DNA of 57,220 nt, filler included, from Sphacelaria rigidula (taxonomy: Eukaryota), in the NCBI GenBank assembly GCA_964200075.2. It is 3 parts of 3 records of this genome, joined end to end, with 100 filler letters (N's around TTAATTAATTAA, not from the genome) between each part and the next. Parts side by side here need not be neighbours in the genome. Positions count along the whole stretch, not along the records: positions 38,216 to 57,220 come from CAXNAA020000750.1; 2 more parts are not named here. One strand, 5' to 3'. The translations under genes and the position numbers were made by a program. Below the pieces are notes generated by a model, which was not told the DNA's origin, did no database searches, and saw nothing but the letters and a program-made list of their open reading frames with translations. Shown here in pieces: positions 38,216 to 49,950 of the stretch (position 1 is the stretch's first letter; the number at the start of each line of letters is the position of its first letter).

Positions 38216-41200
38216 GTGTTCCATATATTTTCTCTTTTCCAGTTTTCCAACATCACTGGAAAATTAATGGAGAGGATCAACCCCCCCCCCCCCCCCACAC
38301 ACACACACACGAACAGGATCACGCTTGAAGTCGAAAACAAAGGAATTTATTGTCGTACTGTGCTAGCAAGGAAGCGGTATCCGCCACTCACCCCAGGGCC
38401 TTTTCGTGAAATGGCCCTTCAGTTTTGTCGCGCTGACCATCATAAGTATATGGTCACCCAAAAGAAGAAGCTACATGACGCCGATTCACGAAAAGGCACC
38501 TGCGTATCTTGCGGTGTTTCTTTTTTAGAAGGAAGCCGTAACCACCGCCCGCCCCCAGAGCCTTTTCGCGAATCGGCCCTTCGGTGTTGTCGCACTGACC
38601 ATCATCACAACAGGTTCATGAAAAAAGCGCGCTAAATTTAGCCAATTCACGAAGAGGCTCCCGCGTGTGCAAGCACCATGTTCGTGGGATTCCGATCGTG
38701 ATTGGACAGTAAGCGCCAGAGCCATGGTAAGGGTTGGTTGCACTTCGGGCCTCCCCTCTGTTATGCTTATAGGCCCCCGAAAGGTACTCGATGCACCGTG
38801 CAACATAATCTCCCGGTGTTTGAACGCAGGGAGCCATTTAAGAATGGGCGTCATCTGCAGACTTTTGGAGGGGAAAATTATGCCTATTGACCCGTGCAAC
38901 ACTACGAGAAATGTTTTCGTTCGAATACGAGCTGGGCCTGTTGTAAACAGCATATTTCCTGAGAACACCACCACTTCTCAAGTATATCGAATCTGCGTGC
39001 CTTGAGCATATCGCTGTGAACTGCAGATCAACCTGGTGACATGCGGTATCGATGCTGCTCTGTTAGCGCAGTTTTGACGATGATGTTATTGTATTGTACT
39101 ATTGTAATCCCCAAAATGTCGCGTGATAGCGTGTCTGGAGACGTTTCGTTTCGCAGACTCGCGGTGGAATTTCTTGTTGTAACTATGCACCGTTAGGTAT
39201 TGCCCTGTCACACGAAACGTGCTCGCCGGCTCCCAATTCGAGGAGTTGTGGGCTGAAAATTTACCAGCGTCCTGGACGCGAGTGCCCACGACAGGGTTGG
39301 AGGTTCCGCAGTAATTTTCAATTTTACGCGGAGGTATGTCGTTTTTCGTGTTTTTGTAGAAACTTCAAGTCGCTCTACCTTCCCTATTTTTATTTATATT
39401 TTCCCGGGGATCTCCAACAGTCTTGTCCGCATTGGTGATAAATGTGTCGTGTAAAATCTCCAGCGCCTTACTCTTCGAATTACCGTCCGGCGGTGCTTTC
39501 TGCTGTTTCAAAACAGCCTTAGCCGGCCCAGCTCGTAGTGCTACCCCCTCCTTCCGGTTCATGGCTCCTCACATACTGGTGCTCCTCTCCGAAGAAGAGA
39601 GTCTGAAATAAATACCGCATACCCTACGGTATCATTGGGCGGCATCGCCCAACAGTAAGTCAAAAGATATGGTACCGTCGGGCACGATATGCGCATAGAC
39701 CGCGAAGCAGGCACTCGTGCCCGAGTTCCGACCCTTGCGCGTACCCTCAACAAAGCGAATATTCAAGCGCACCTGAGAACTAGTTTTCAGAGGAACACCA
39801 TTAAATCTACCCCACGATACGGGATCAAGTTCCCGCATCGCGTCACCAGAACCAGCCCCATGCTACACCATGGACATCCATACCTTGTTCAGGATGAACG
39901 TCGCTGGGCTCCCACTGTTCAACAGCGCCTCAAACCTCCACGTCCATGTTGCCTTCGGGCCGCCAAACATTTTAACCCCCGCCGTATTTTGCACGCGGTC
40001 TACAAGCACGTGCCCGCCGCTCACCGAAATCACTTTCGGCAAGAACGCGCCCCGCCTGCCCCGCGGGATCTGACAAGGGATAGGGATAGGAGTCGATTCG
40101 GGTGGTTCTTTACACTGCAAGCGATTGCCAGATGAGTCGAGAGCATATATATGCTCTTCTACCCCCATCGATGTACCGTCGCTCACATTACCAACAACAG
40201 GCCGAGCCCGGTGGGCATCCACGGATGCTCCCGAGCGTGAGAAGACATTACTCAGTTCCAACGGGTTGGGTACATCAACAAAATTGCGTGGCATTGAGCC
40301 CTCAGATGGCACCAAGCTATCATCCTCCGAAAGTGCTTCAAGTTGGTTCTCCTTGGGAACCGAGATCCTACTTGAGGAAAGTCGGCCCAAACTAGGGCCA
40401 CTCAAGTCTGGCTTCGCGCCAGAGAGAGCAGACCCTCCATTGGTAGCGTATTGCGTTGTCCCCTTCATCGGGTAGCAGCGCCGAGTGCCTAGCAGGCCCC
40501 GAGCGTCGCGACGCGGAATACCTCCCTCACCCTGGACGAATTCAACTGTCGGGCTCTCCTTACTATGTGATGTATCCACCACACCAGGACCGTCCAAATC
40601 CCAAGCGTCTGTCGGACGTGAGCAGCGCCCACCGCGACAGCTGGCCTGCACAAGTGACTCATTTACCCGTGTATCTTCGCCACCTTTAAAGGGAAGGTTA
40701 TCTGGAGCGCAACGCCGGACCGCACCCCCCTTCCGTCGGTCTACACCCACCACACCAGAGCGCTGAGCAGTAGACGCAGTGCAAACTGGACGAGTCCCCC
40801 CCCCCCTGCCAAGGTCACGTAAAGATTGATCAGATCCCACGGCTACTCCAAAGCGGAAACAACACCCCCACCTTTATCTACACCCCCAGACAGATCGTAC
40901 CCTGTCTCATTGCGAAAGTCCACACTGTGCGGGAGGGAGATGACATAAATTTTGCCGTCTATAGCAGGAACAGCCTGCTGTGGAACCAATGACACAGGCG
41001 ACCGACCTTGTTGAGCTCTGCGAGCATCATGATTAACAGAGGGTTTACTACATGGAACCAGTTGAGCCTGCTGTGGAACAATTTCCCCAGGCGACTGGCC
41101 AGTTCGAGTCCGCCGAACATCCTCGTTAACCGAAACTTCACCACACATAGCAGTCCACTGTGTAAAACTTGACACAGGAGACCGACCGTCGCGATCTCTA

Positions 41201-41331
41201 CGAGCATCGTGATTACCTGGCGCCCGTGCTACCGGTAAGGCGACCCTATCCTTACCGCCGCCCCCTCATTTCTTGAGCGGGTAATTTTCTGTAAAATACG
41301 TGCGCAAACGGCGCTGCCAGCGAGCCCACTT

Positions 41332-44300
41332 TTAACGCACCTCCTCCGGGGTGCCTTCACCCATAGAGCGGTGTATGAGACCGGACTTGTTGACAAAACC
41401 TTCGGGGCAATCGCGAGCCAGCGTATGGACAGCACTACAACAGTTTAAACGATACGGGCCGAATGGTTGTCGCTCCTTATTCTTCAACTCACGGGTGGGA
41501 AACGGTCCGTAAAACGGCGGGTCCCCATTACCCCGCCTTACCATATACACATTAGCCATTTCCTGGTCTTCCCTGTCAAAGTCCCGCATGCGGGTAATAC
41601 TCATGACCCCCCCGAATGATCTACCCTGGCCACCTTTAGGCGGGTAGCGCTTTCGAGCCCCCCCCTTCGATGGTCCCGGCGCGAGACGAGGTGCGTCCGC
41701 CCGCATCGTGTTGGAGCGGAAATTGTCGAGTTTAGACATCAGGGGTTCAAGAGAGACGAACGGCGTCGCACAGTCGTCCCGACCCGCAAACACATGGCTA
41801 CTAATACCATGAAATTGATCCTGGATGGCCCTTTTGATGGCCGATTGCACCTGCGCTTGGTCGGGAGTCATCTCGGCACCCAGACATTGCACATTACTTA
41901 CTAGCATGCGGAGGTTACGCAGGTAATCGGCAAACACAGTCCCCTCGGACGCCCGGAAATTCATCAGTTCACGTAGCACCGCGTCGGGCGTCAGGTTGCT
42001 CAGCTCTCTACTCAGCACCCGAACTAAATATGACAACGCATCGGGGCCCGAGGTACCTTCTGCTTGTAAACGGGACACCGACGACATGATTTCAGCGATA
42101 TGCGCAACAATATTCGGCGCATCCGGCGCACTAACGTGCACTGCCCGCTGCAAATGTTTCTGGAGCGTTTTCTCCCAACCCCGAGTCCATCTCGTCGGAT
42201 GCTCGTCCCCAACGATGAGGCGCATCGCGGCAACCGAATATTTCACCCCTTCGATGAGAGTCACCAATTGTTGCATATTATTGGTTGTGGACAACGGCAA
42301 CTTCGACAGGTCCGCCAACAAATCCAATTTCAGTTTAGCATAACCTTGTGCGATGTGCGAGGATCTAAGGGAAGGAAACGCTTCAGTCGACCCCGCCGAC
42401 GCGGGAGCCGCAAAGCTCCCCCGCTCCTCAACACCCGTCCCCGAAACACCCCCACCTGGACCCACAACAATCTCCAACGGGGAACCCTCCCCACCCCTCA
42501 CAGATTCCGTGGCAAACGAATCCGAGACCTCCACACACCTTTTGGAAGGGCGACGCGCCTGCCCGTCCGCCGGAAAACCCAACGCTGCCCGAGCACCCGC
42601 GTAAGTTCGCACACCTACAGGGAGCCCCGCCTGCCTCCACCACGCGTCCTCAGCCTCTAACCTGGCCAACACCCTCTCTCCACGCGCGTAAAGGTCGCGC
42701 TGACACCGCTCCCACGCAGACAGAGGTAGATCCCCGGGGCAGGGCCCCTTGATGGCGCGATAACCCCGCAAAAAGGAAGCAAAGACCGTCCCCCGGGGGC
42801 ACCGCGCGTGGTAATACGCCACATCATCCCCCGACAGCACCGCCAACTCCACACTGTCTCTGTGACCAACACCCACCACCTCCCGGCGCGGTGGGTCCCG
42901 CCCGCCCGCCTGAGCGGCGGCACGGCCCGTGGCCGCGCGGCCGGCTGGCCGTCCCCTCCCCGCAACCGTAGGAGGCGGCGGCACCTGCAACACGTTAGGC
43001 ACTGCCGGGCGGGACCCAGCGTGCAACTCCTCCATACTGCTAGGCACGGCCCCGGCCGGAGGCCCCGAAACCACGGGAGCAATCGGCACCGCGCCAGCCT
43101 CGGCCGAGGAGAGGGTGCCTCGGGCTGGAGGCGCCACCGCGGGTGGGACCGGCGGGGAAAAGTCGGGGGCGGCCGCCGGGACAGCCAAAAAACCCTCCGG
43201 AGCAGGCATATGCCCGGTCACACCAATCACCGGCCGCGGGGCGGCACACGACGCCCCGGTGGTCGTCAGGCACGCTGCCGCCTCCGCGGCCCGCAGGGCC
43301 GCCAAGCGCGGGGCCAATGCATTAAATTCGGGACCCGCAACGATGTGGGCCAACCGGCCGATCGCCTCTTTCCTGCTACCCCGGCAGGCCAGCAGTTCGA
43401 CCTCCGCGTTTTCCATCCCCGCACGCGACCGTGCCCGAGCTTCCGCAGCCCGGGCATTCTCCGCCTCAGCCTTGGCCAGAGCGTCTCTGGCGGCCTCAAC
43501 CCCCGCAGCTGCGGCTACCCCTTCCCCTTCTACCACGCTATCTGCACGCGACGCGTCATCCCAACAGAGTTTTGCCACCTGCGTAGCGTCCATGGCAGCG
43601 GAAATGTCCGCAAGGGCCGCCTGTGGCAAGTGACAAGATTCATCCGGAGATGGGTCAGCCAACACGTCGTACCGGCCCCCGTGTACGATCGGTCGGGCAA
43701 CAGACCCTGTACCCTTCGACACGTCCGCGTAAAATCGTGAGCCGTGCACCCGCTGCCACCCCCCCCCTGACTCGGTGACTGGCTGAGGGGGCGACGCAGA
43801 CGACGTTCCCGTCTTACCCCCTTTACCTGACAGTGACAAGGCGAACATACGGCCCTGCCCCACAGCGACTTCCGCCGCCCGAGCCATACGCTCCTCGTCA
43901 GCTTGCAGCAAACGAGCCAACAATTCATCCGGCACTGCAGCCGGAGCCCGTTCCCCGTCACCCTTACGGAAATATCCCTTCCCAGGCCCCGCAACCGTGG
44001 ACACCGAATGTCCTCCGCGCGGTGGCGAGGACACGTCGCTCACCGAAACGCGAGGCGGCGACGCCGCCTTCCTACCCTCCACCAACACTCGTTCCTTCTG
44101 AGACAAACGAGACAAAAGCGCACGAACCTCATACACCAAATCCTCCCTTACCTCAGTCGTCCGAGGCGATGTCGGCGGCGGCGGGGAGGGAGTGCGCCGC
44201 TCATCATCACCCACCACGCGAAGCCCCCGCGGAGACGCACGCCTACTCGAAGCGCTCAACGCACCTGCGTCTTCTGCACCCCCGCCCACTTCGGCAGCCT

Positions 44301-44754
44301 CACGCGCAGGGCCTTTCACAACCGGAGCGTACACAACACGGCGAGGCACCGCTGACACATGACGAGGGGTGAGACCACTACCACCGAGGTCCCCCGCGTT
44401 CGACACACTCGGGACATAGGGCCGCGCGTCATCGGTGACACCCCCATCACACACCCCGCCCGACAACGAAGGCTCTCGCGAGTGACCAACCGGCAGCGAT
44501 TCCGCCGCGCCCCGACCAGAACACTCAGAACTGGCACCGCTACCCGCCGCCTCGATTTCGGCCAACAGAGACAACTCTAGACCAACACCAGAGTCTCCCT
44601 GCGCCCCAGAGGCTAACCCCGAGTCGGACCCCGCACCCTCGGTACGAACCACCTCAAAACCCCGAGGGCCAGATGTAACCTCACGCACCGCAACCTCTAT
44701 ACCCTTCAACACCATCCCCGGTGGGGCCGAGTCTGACACACCCTCAGCCCCCAC
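41332..44754 (-). CDS. Gag-like polyprotein ORF (1140 aa) of the LTR element
   Basis: Ala/Gly/Pro-rich N-terminal two thirds, then a helical capsid-like region (LMNFRASEGTVFADYLRNLRMLVS) and a degenerate C-terminal zinc knuckle (RLNCCSAVHTLARDCP). The frame probably began near 44987 (GRLTRSQ) with a frameshift near 44800. Confidence 0.75.
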   Translation of the reverse strand: MGAEGVSDSAPPGMVLKGIEVAVREVTSGPRGFEVVRTEGAGSDSGLASGAQGDSGVGLELSLLAEIEAAGSGASSECSGRGAAESLPVGHSREPSLSGGVCDGGVTDDARPYVPSVSNAGDLGGSGLTPRHVSAVPRRVVYAPVVKGPAREAAEVGGGAEDAGALSASSRRASPRGLRVVGDDERRTPSPPPPTSPRTTEVREDLVYEVRALLSRLSQKERVLVEGRKAASPPRVSVSDVSSPPRGGHSVSTVAGPGKGYFRKGDGERAPAAVPDELLARLLQADEERMARAAEVAVGQGRMFALSLSGKGGKTGTSSASPPQPVTESGGGWQRVHGSRFYADVSKGTGSVARPIVHGGRYDVLADPSPDESCHLPQAALADISAAMDATQVAKLCWDDASRADSVVEGEGVAAAAGVEAARDALAKAEAENARAAEARARSRAGMENAEVELLACRGSRKEAIGRLAHIVAGPEFNALAPRLAALRAAEAAACLTTTGASCAAPRPVIGVTGHMPAPEGFLAVPAAAPDFSPPVPPAVAPPARGTLSSAEAGAVPIAPVVSGPPAGAVPSSMEELHAGSRPAVPNVLQVPPPPTVAGRGRPAGRAATGRAAAQAGGRDPPRREVVGVGHRDSVELAVLSGDDVAYYHARCPRGTVFASFLRGYRAIKGPCPGDLPLSAWERCQRDLYARGERVLARLEAEDAWWRQAGLPVGVRTYAGARAALGFPADGQARRPSKRCVEVSDSFATESVRGGEGSPLEIVVGPGGGVSGTGVEERGSFAAPASAGSTEAFPSLRSSHIAQGYAKLKLDLLADLSKLPLSTTNNMQQLVTLIEGVKYSVAAMRLIVGDEHPTRWTRGWEKTLQKHLQRAVHVSAPDAPNIVAHIAEIMSSVSRLQAEGTSGPDALSYLVRVLSRELSNLTPDAVLRELMNFRASEGTVFADYLRNLRMLVSNVQCLGAEMTPDQAQVQSAIKRAIQDQFHGISSHVFAGRDDCATPFVSLEPLMSKLDNFRSNTMRADAPRLAPGPSKGGARKRYPPKGGQGRSFGGVMSITRMRDFDREDQEMANVYMVRRGNGDPPFYGPFPTRELKNKERQPFGPYRLNCCSAVHTLARDCPEGFVNKSGLIHRSMGEGTPEEVR

Positions 44755-45149
44755 CGCCGATGAAGGGGAGTTCTCACCTACCTGCGCATCCCCGCATACA
44801 CACCTCTCACATCAACAATTTCCGGGTCCGGCGCGCGAGCTGAAGGCAGCGCGCCACGACCAGGGGAGTCAATTACCGACTCCCCCCCAGCCGCCCGAGC
44901 AGCCCGCGCCCCGGCACGGCGTGTGAGAGCACCTCCGCGAGGAGGCGCGCTGGCGCGCTGCGACCGCGTGAGCCTACCTCCCCCCACCCCTTTAACACGA
45001 CTCGGGTTCGCACCTGATATAATCGAAACCGAAAAAAACGTCGCAGCCGACGAACCCCGAAGAGCAGCAGCACAGTAAACCAGTCGACGACGCCACTCAA
45101 AGGAACCTGAATTTCACTTTGGAGAAATAGATAATCCTGCCTTCTCACT

Positions 45150-45689
45150 TGTAAGTTCTTGTGTCTATGGTGCTCTTGGTGGCGCAGTCAACCAGGGCTG
45201 AAAACAGCAGCTGGGACAGTCAGGGTGGAAGCTCCCCTTGGAAGTGTGAAAAGAGTAGAAGAAAGATGGCCAAAAGCTTTGTTGATGTTAATTTATAGAT
45301 GAATTCCCGATGTGTACTCAAATACTTGCTGTTCCAAGCTGAGATGCTGGGGTGTGGAGAGAACTGACGAGGGGTCGGGCACACCAAACCCGGCGGCCTG
45401 CGCCAAAACAGCCAAAATGAAACGTTCTCCAGCCCTACTGACGACATTCTACCGGCTATATTGACGGTTACTCAATGACTTTCTTGTCCACCGAGGTCCG
45501 AGGTTCAGCAGCTGACACACCTAGAGACAAGCTCGGCCCTTGGCCACCTGTAACCCGCTCCACAGTCAAACTGTCTGTGCTGTCTAGCCTGAACCCGTCC
45601 CGGTTGGCACTGTACTCTGTCATGTTCCAGTAGGACGCTGTATAGCACCCCCTTAGCAAGTAATCTCCGTCGTAGACACGGCGCTTACA
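45150..45689 (-). repeat. Putative 5' LTR (540 bp)
   Basis: 6-bp inverted termini TGTAAG/CTTACA with an adjacent PBS-like sequence; no second copy in the window. Confidence 0.62.
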
Positions 45690-45789
45690 ATAACTAAATT
45701 ACCTACTGAAAACTGAGCTCACCGCACAACTCTCAAAACCTGAGACGCGATTCGGGCTGGTTCACGGAAAGAAAAAAAACATTCATCGG

Positions 45790-46460
45790 CAAAACTTCAC
45801 GCCGTTTTCAGGAGTCAGACCCTGAATTTTTGCACAGGTGTTATATGGGTCATTACGCCACTTTTTATGGACGAGGTTTTTTTCATTTTTCGATTTTTTC
45901 ACCGTTTTTCCGGGGTCCCAACTTTTTCGGGAAAATCTCGATCCGGTCGGACCCCCGTGAAAAGGTAGGGAATTATAAAAAAAAAACGCCCGTACAAAGT
46001 TGCGTAATGACCCATTGCACACCTGTGCAAAAGTTCAGGGTCTATGTCCTTGAAACGGCGTGGAGGGTTTGGCGTTTGTGCGATGAACCTTGCCGTGCCA
46101 CGGTGAAACGGCAAACTGTTAGATTTTTGTATGAAAATGGCATTTTTGGGCCTTTTTCGACGTGAACATGAATATTCAAGCACCAGTTAATCGATTTTGG
46201 CCACGAAAAATTGTGGTGCTCTTCCTTGGGTTTTACGGCGGCAGAGCGATCGCGAAAAAAATGATAAAAATGTTGTTATGCCGGTTTTCCGGGGTCCCAG
46301 AATAGATTACTTAAAAAAAACGGCTTCAATCCCGTCGGACCCCCGAACAACGACAGGAAAAATAAAGAGGTAGAAAAAACTCGTCGATCGAAACTTGCGT
46401 ACTGATTCATAGCACATTTGTGCAAAGTTTTAGGGTCTAACCCCTAATAAATGCGCGAAG
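45790..46460. repeat. AT-rich repeat element with inverted and direct internal subrepeats
   Basis: CACGCCGTTTTCAGG..AGACCCTGAATTTTTGCACAGGTG..ATGGGTCATTACGC (45798-45858) is inverted at 46004-46061, with a third copy at ~46392-46440; TTTTCCGGGGTCCCA and TCGGACCCCCG each occur twice. Confidence 0.72.
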
Positions 46461-48086
46461 ATTTGCGCGTTTGTGCGAGGATGTGAGCTTAAAACGTGCA
46501 AACTCCCAACTACTTGGTTTGAGTATGAAAACATCTTTTAGGGTGAATTTTACGTCAAGGCAGGAAAACATCAGTGAAAGTTTCGAGTTTCTCCACCAAA
46601 ACTTGTACACGTGTTTCTTGGACAATCCTGGGACGCATCATGTTATTATTTTTTCTTTCGAGTCATTCTGTACCGCCTCTCGAGGGTCTTTGTACCTTGC
46701 TAAGAAATTTTGAACCCTTGCTAAGGACACATTTTTTTTCATTCGGAGCATCAATACCTACCGAACTGCCAAGTTTGAGGATGATCTGAGCTTTTCTACA
46801 ATAGATATAAGCGAAATCGTCACGAGGCTCCCTGGGTCTTTCCTGCGTATCATGAGAGGAAATTAGACGACGCCAAACTCCACATCAACGAAACATAACG
46901 GTTTCGGATATAATTCGATCCCGTTGGAACCGTATTCAAATCCGTTTCTCCCGTTAGATTCTTGAGGTGATGACGGTCACTACGATTAGAAGCATGTGGA
47001 GATCCGGTGGAAATTGGGCTTGGAATTCGTATTCTCAATTTCGGAACAGTTTGAAAGGCGCTGGTTGACCGAGACACATTTTTGTCCATAGCGCCACCGC
47101 TATACCTTAAAAGCAAATCCGGCTGTGTCACCCTCTTCGTCTGTTCATTGCGGTCAGTATGGTAGCATGTATGCCACTATTGGGTGCGTATTGCAGAAGG
47201 CATTTGCTGATAGAATTTGGGGTTTTTCCGTGAACCAGCCTGTAGCGATGCACTCACGGCTCTCCAGACGAAAATTCAAAGCACCACTCTTAAAAACTGA
47301 GACGCAATATCCAGATTTGCACCCCTCAAAACACTCTGTTCCGGTCAACTCCTCGAGCCTCCAGAGGACTTGAACGCCTCTAGCCGGTTCGCCGCCCTCC
47401 CGAGGGGTGGGATCGAACGCCTCCAGAGCCTTGTTTTGCCTCTGGAGGGTCGCGCGCCCTCTGTAGGAACTTGGAGGATGCGCAGCCTTCCAGAGCACCA
47501 TCTGTTTTGTTACTCTCGAGGGATTCAGGCTTCAGAAGTCACTGAAGCATCACACATGTCCTCCAGAGGATTTGTTTTATGATCGGAACTGAGTATGAAA
47601 TACCTTCTACAGGGTATTATTATACTCCGGAGGGTCACTTTACCCTCGAGAGGATGAAAATCGCGATAGAGGATGTTTATGGGGATAGCCGAATGGCCGC
47701 GTGTGTAGTGTATTTCGTGCCTCTGCTCGTTATATATATATTGATTTCGGTAGAGAACGTTATCGACGCCATACTTTCAGATAAATAACGAAGTAGGTCA
47801 AGGTGAGGGCATCTCTCGACATCCCGTGCTGAAGGGAACGTCCACAAAAGAAATCGTTGTCAGAGGCTACAGATATGATTCGGGGTGTCATAAAGACTTC
47901 GGCGTGGACACTGTCTCCGTACGGTATGGGAGGTAAGAGACATGGGGGTTTAATCAACGAAAGCAAATTGGCCCAGAGTTTGGAGCACATGGGCACCTTC
48001 CCCTTGATTTTGATGCTTGAAACGATATGCGGATCACGGCCCAACTAGGCTGTCTCGATGAGGTATTGCTTCGAGAGCTTGAACCC

Positions 48087-48196
48087 CACGGGTGGCCACT
48101 GGGGTGCCTGTAACGTCACATTTGGACGTTACAGACCTTGTGCAACGTCTGTAACGTTCAAATTGGAGTTTGCAGGCACCCCAGTGGCCACCCGTG
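48087..48196. repeat. 110-nt fold-back hairpin (perfect 24-bp outer stem, 15/16 inner stem)
   Basis: CACGGGTGGCCACTGGGGTGCCTG / CAGGCACCCCAGTGGCCACCCGTG; inner TTTGGACGTTACAGAC / GTCTGTAACGTTCAAA. Confidence 0.88.
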
Positions 48197-48789
48197 CCGC
48201 TTCTAGGCTGGCACAGCTCGTATTACCATGGCATGCAAGATCATGAGTACACCCCCCCCCACGTTCACTCCCCCCCGCCGCCGCCCCTTTTATTTATGAT
48301 TTCGTTAATCAGTCGCGCCCGTAACTTGTACACATGACTTCAACGTGCGCGTGCAACCCGCATTGAGCCCCAACGTATAGCAAGGTCCGGCAAGGTCCCG
48401 CAACGTGCGGCAACGTCACCGGCAAAGTCCGGCAACGTCAAGTTCCCGACCTTGCCACACAAGGTCACACAAGGTACCTTGCAGAATGTGTGGAACATCG
48501 ATTCAGGCATGTTCCAGGCACCCAAGTGGCCACTACGATGGTACAATTGCCTTGAACGTGCCTGCGACCTGAGATGGATTCCAATCTATACCCTGGCAAG
48601 GTCAACTTTCTGACCCCCCACGGCAAGGTACCTTGCAGAGGGTCTGGAGGGTCCGAAATGCCACCCTCCAGGCACCCCGGTGGCCACGTGTGCTGTGACT
48701 ACTTCTGACTCCCTACCCGTCGTCTCCTCGTCCAGATATGCCGTGTCCTTGAGGATATTGTCGTCCTCGCCGAATTCCACGAGAAGTAG

Positions 48790-49950
48790 CTCGAGCGTCG
48801 CTGCGAAGGAATGTTGAACAACATTGGAGACAGCACACATCAGTGCCTGTGTGACCTCGAACCAAAACACTCCGAGAGCTCCCCGTCGTCCATGCGTACG
48901 CAAGCCTGCATGCCGTCGTGGAATCGGCGGATAACTGCGGTCTTCTCATCCGGAATACCAGCTCGGGTCAGCACATCCCACAGAAGCTTTCGGTCGACCG
49001 AGTATGGGAGGTTCACAAAGCACACATGTACATCGGTATGCTCCGCCGCCACCCTCGCTCCTGGGGACGGCGCATTATAAACAACATGTCGACGATGGAT
49101 CGATCAGATTGGAAACCGCACTGTTCCTCTGGTAGTATCCCGTGGGCTTCGCATTAGGCGCTGAGAGGTGATTGGCCACTATCTTCAGGAGCATTATTTC
49201 AGCGTGCGAGACTGGTGAGATCCCCCTCCTGTAGTGGTTGTAGTTGGACCGGTCCGAACAGCACTTCGATACACGTCTTTCTACTCCTCCTGCGGGACCT
49301 CCCCTCCGTCCCAAACCTTAACGGTGGTATGGAAGCGTTCGATCGAGAACGATGGGTTCGGTCCGGCCGCCAAGCTTGGTAGCTCTACAGGGAGGCAGTC
49401 GTGTCCCGGCCGTTTCCAGTTGTGCATCACCCGGAACGCTCTTTTGGTCTCCTCCTGCGCCGGCACTGGTCCGGTGGGTGATGCTGCCGATCTCTGCTTC
49501 ATCTCTTCGATGATAGCTGGGTTCAGCGAGGGCGATTTCAAGTTGAGCAGGGTGCGGAAGAACCTCCCCCATCGTTTCAGTATATCAATTTTGTTTCTCA
49601 GTAGAACGCCATTCTCGTCCTTGATGAACTGCTGCTCCTTCCGTTGCCCCCGGCGAAGACCCACCAATCTCTTAAGGTATTTGTTTAGACCACTGTTATT
49701 ATAAGATGCAACGCTATCACATCGGCTGGTCGACCCCTCAGGCTCTTGCAGCCCTGCAGGACGCTTTGGCACACCAGATACGGACGACACACCTGACGGT
49801 CTTTCGCGTCACTCGAGCATTACGGAGCCCGGGACGGATGACCCTTCCGGCAGAACATGTTGACCGAAACGTGCTTTTCGTTCCGATGTGTACTCGGTCG
49901 ATGTGTGGTGTTACATAGTGCAGCGTGTTGACCATGTTCGCTGTTGGCGA
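48790..49950 (-). mobile_element. Decayed RTE-like LINE fragment (linker + RT N-terminal part)
   Basis: QFIKDENGVLLRNKIDILKRWGRFFRTLLN, NYNHYRRGISPVSHAEIMLLKIVANHLS, CFVNL-PYSVDRKLLWDVLTRAGIP..VIRRFHDGMQACVRMDDGELSE; same family as 32300-34180. Confidence 0.87.

Larger units (their letters stand above)
39632..45689 (-). mobile_element. 3'-truncated Gypsy-like LTR retrotransposon (LTR, PBS, large Gag, protease; no RT/RH/IN seen)
   Basis: Putative LTR 45150-45689 bounded by TGTAAG...CTTACA, followed on the minus strand by PBS-like AGTGAGAAGGCAGGATT. Gag ORF 44754-41332. Retropepsin motifs FEALLNSGSPATFI (~39890-39930) and FDLLLG (~39650). Confidence 0.8.

Noticed and set aside
38216..39630. 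RT/RNase H or tyrosine recombinase of the large-Gag element (DIRS/Ngaro hypothesis)
   Set aside because: No RT or YR motifs in the minus-strand frames examined; the protease and TG..CA LTR favour a truncated Gypsy-like element. Only a short direct repeat (38394-38443 / 38556-38605) is visible.
42100..44580. Several long plus-strand ORFs (186-310 aa) opposite the Gag
   Set aside because: Shadow ORFs expected from very high GC and antisense codon structure; no recognisable motifs.
47395..47470. tRNA-like structure (minus-strand GTTCGATCCC B-box with stem-loops)
   Set aside because: No A-box/D-arm or acceptor stem; embedded in a CTCCAGAG/CTCGAG-rich repeat.
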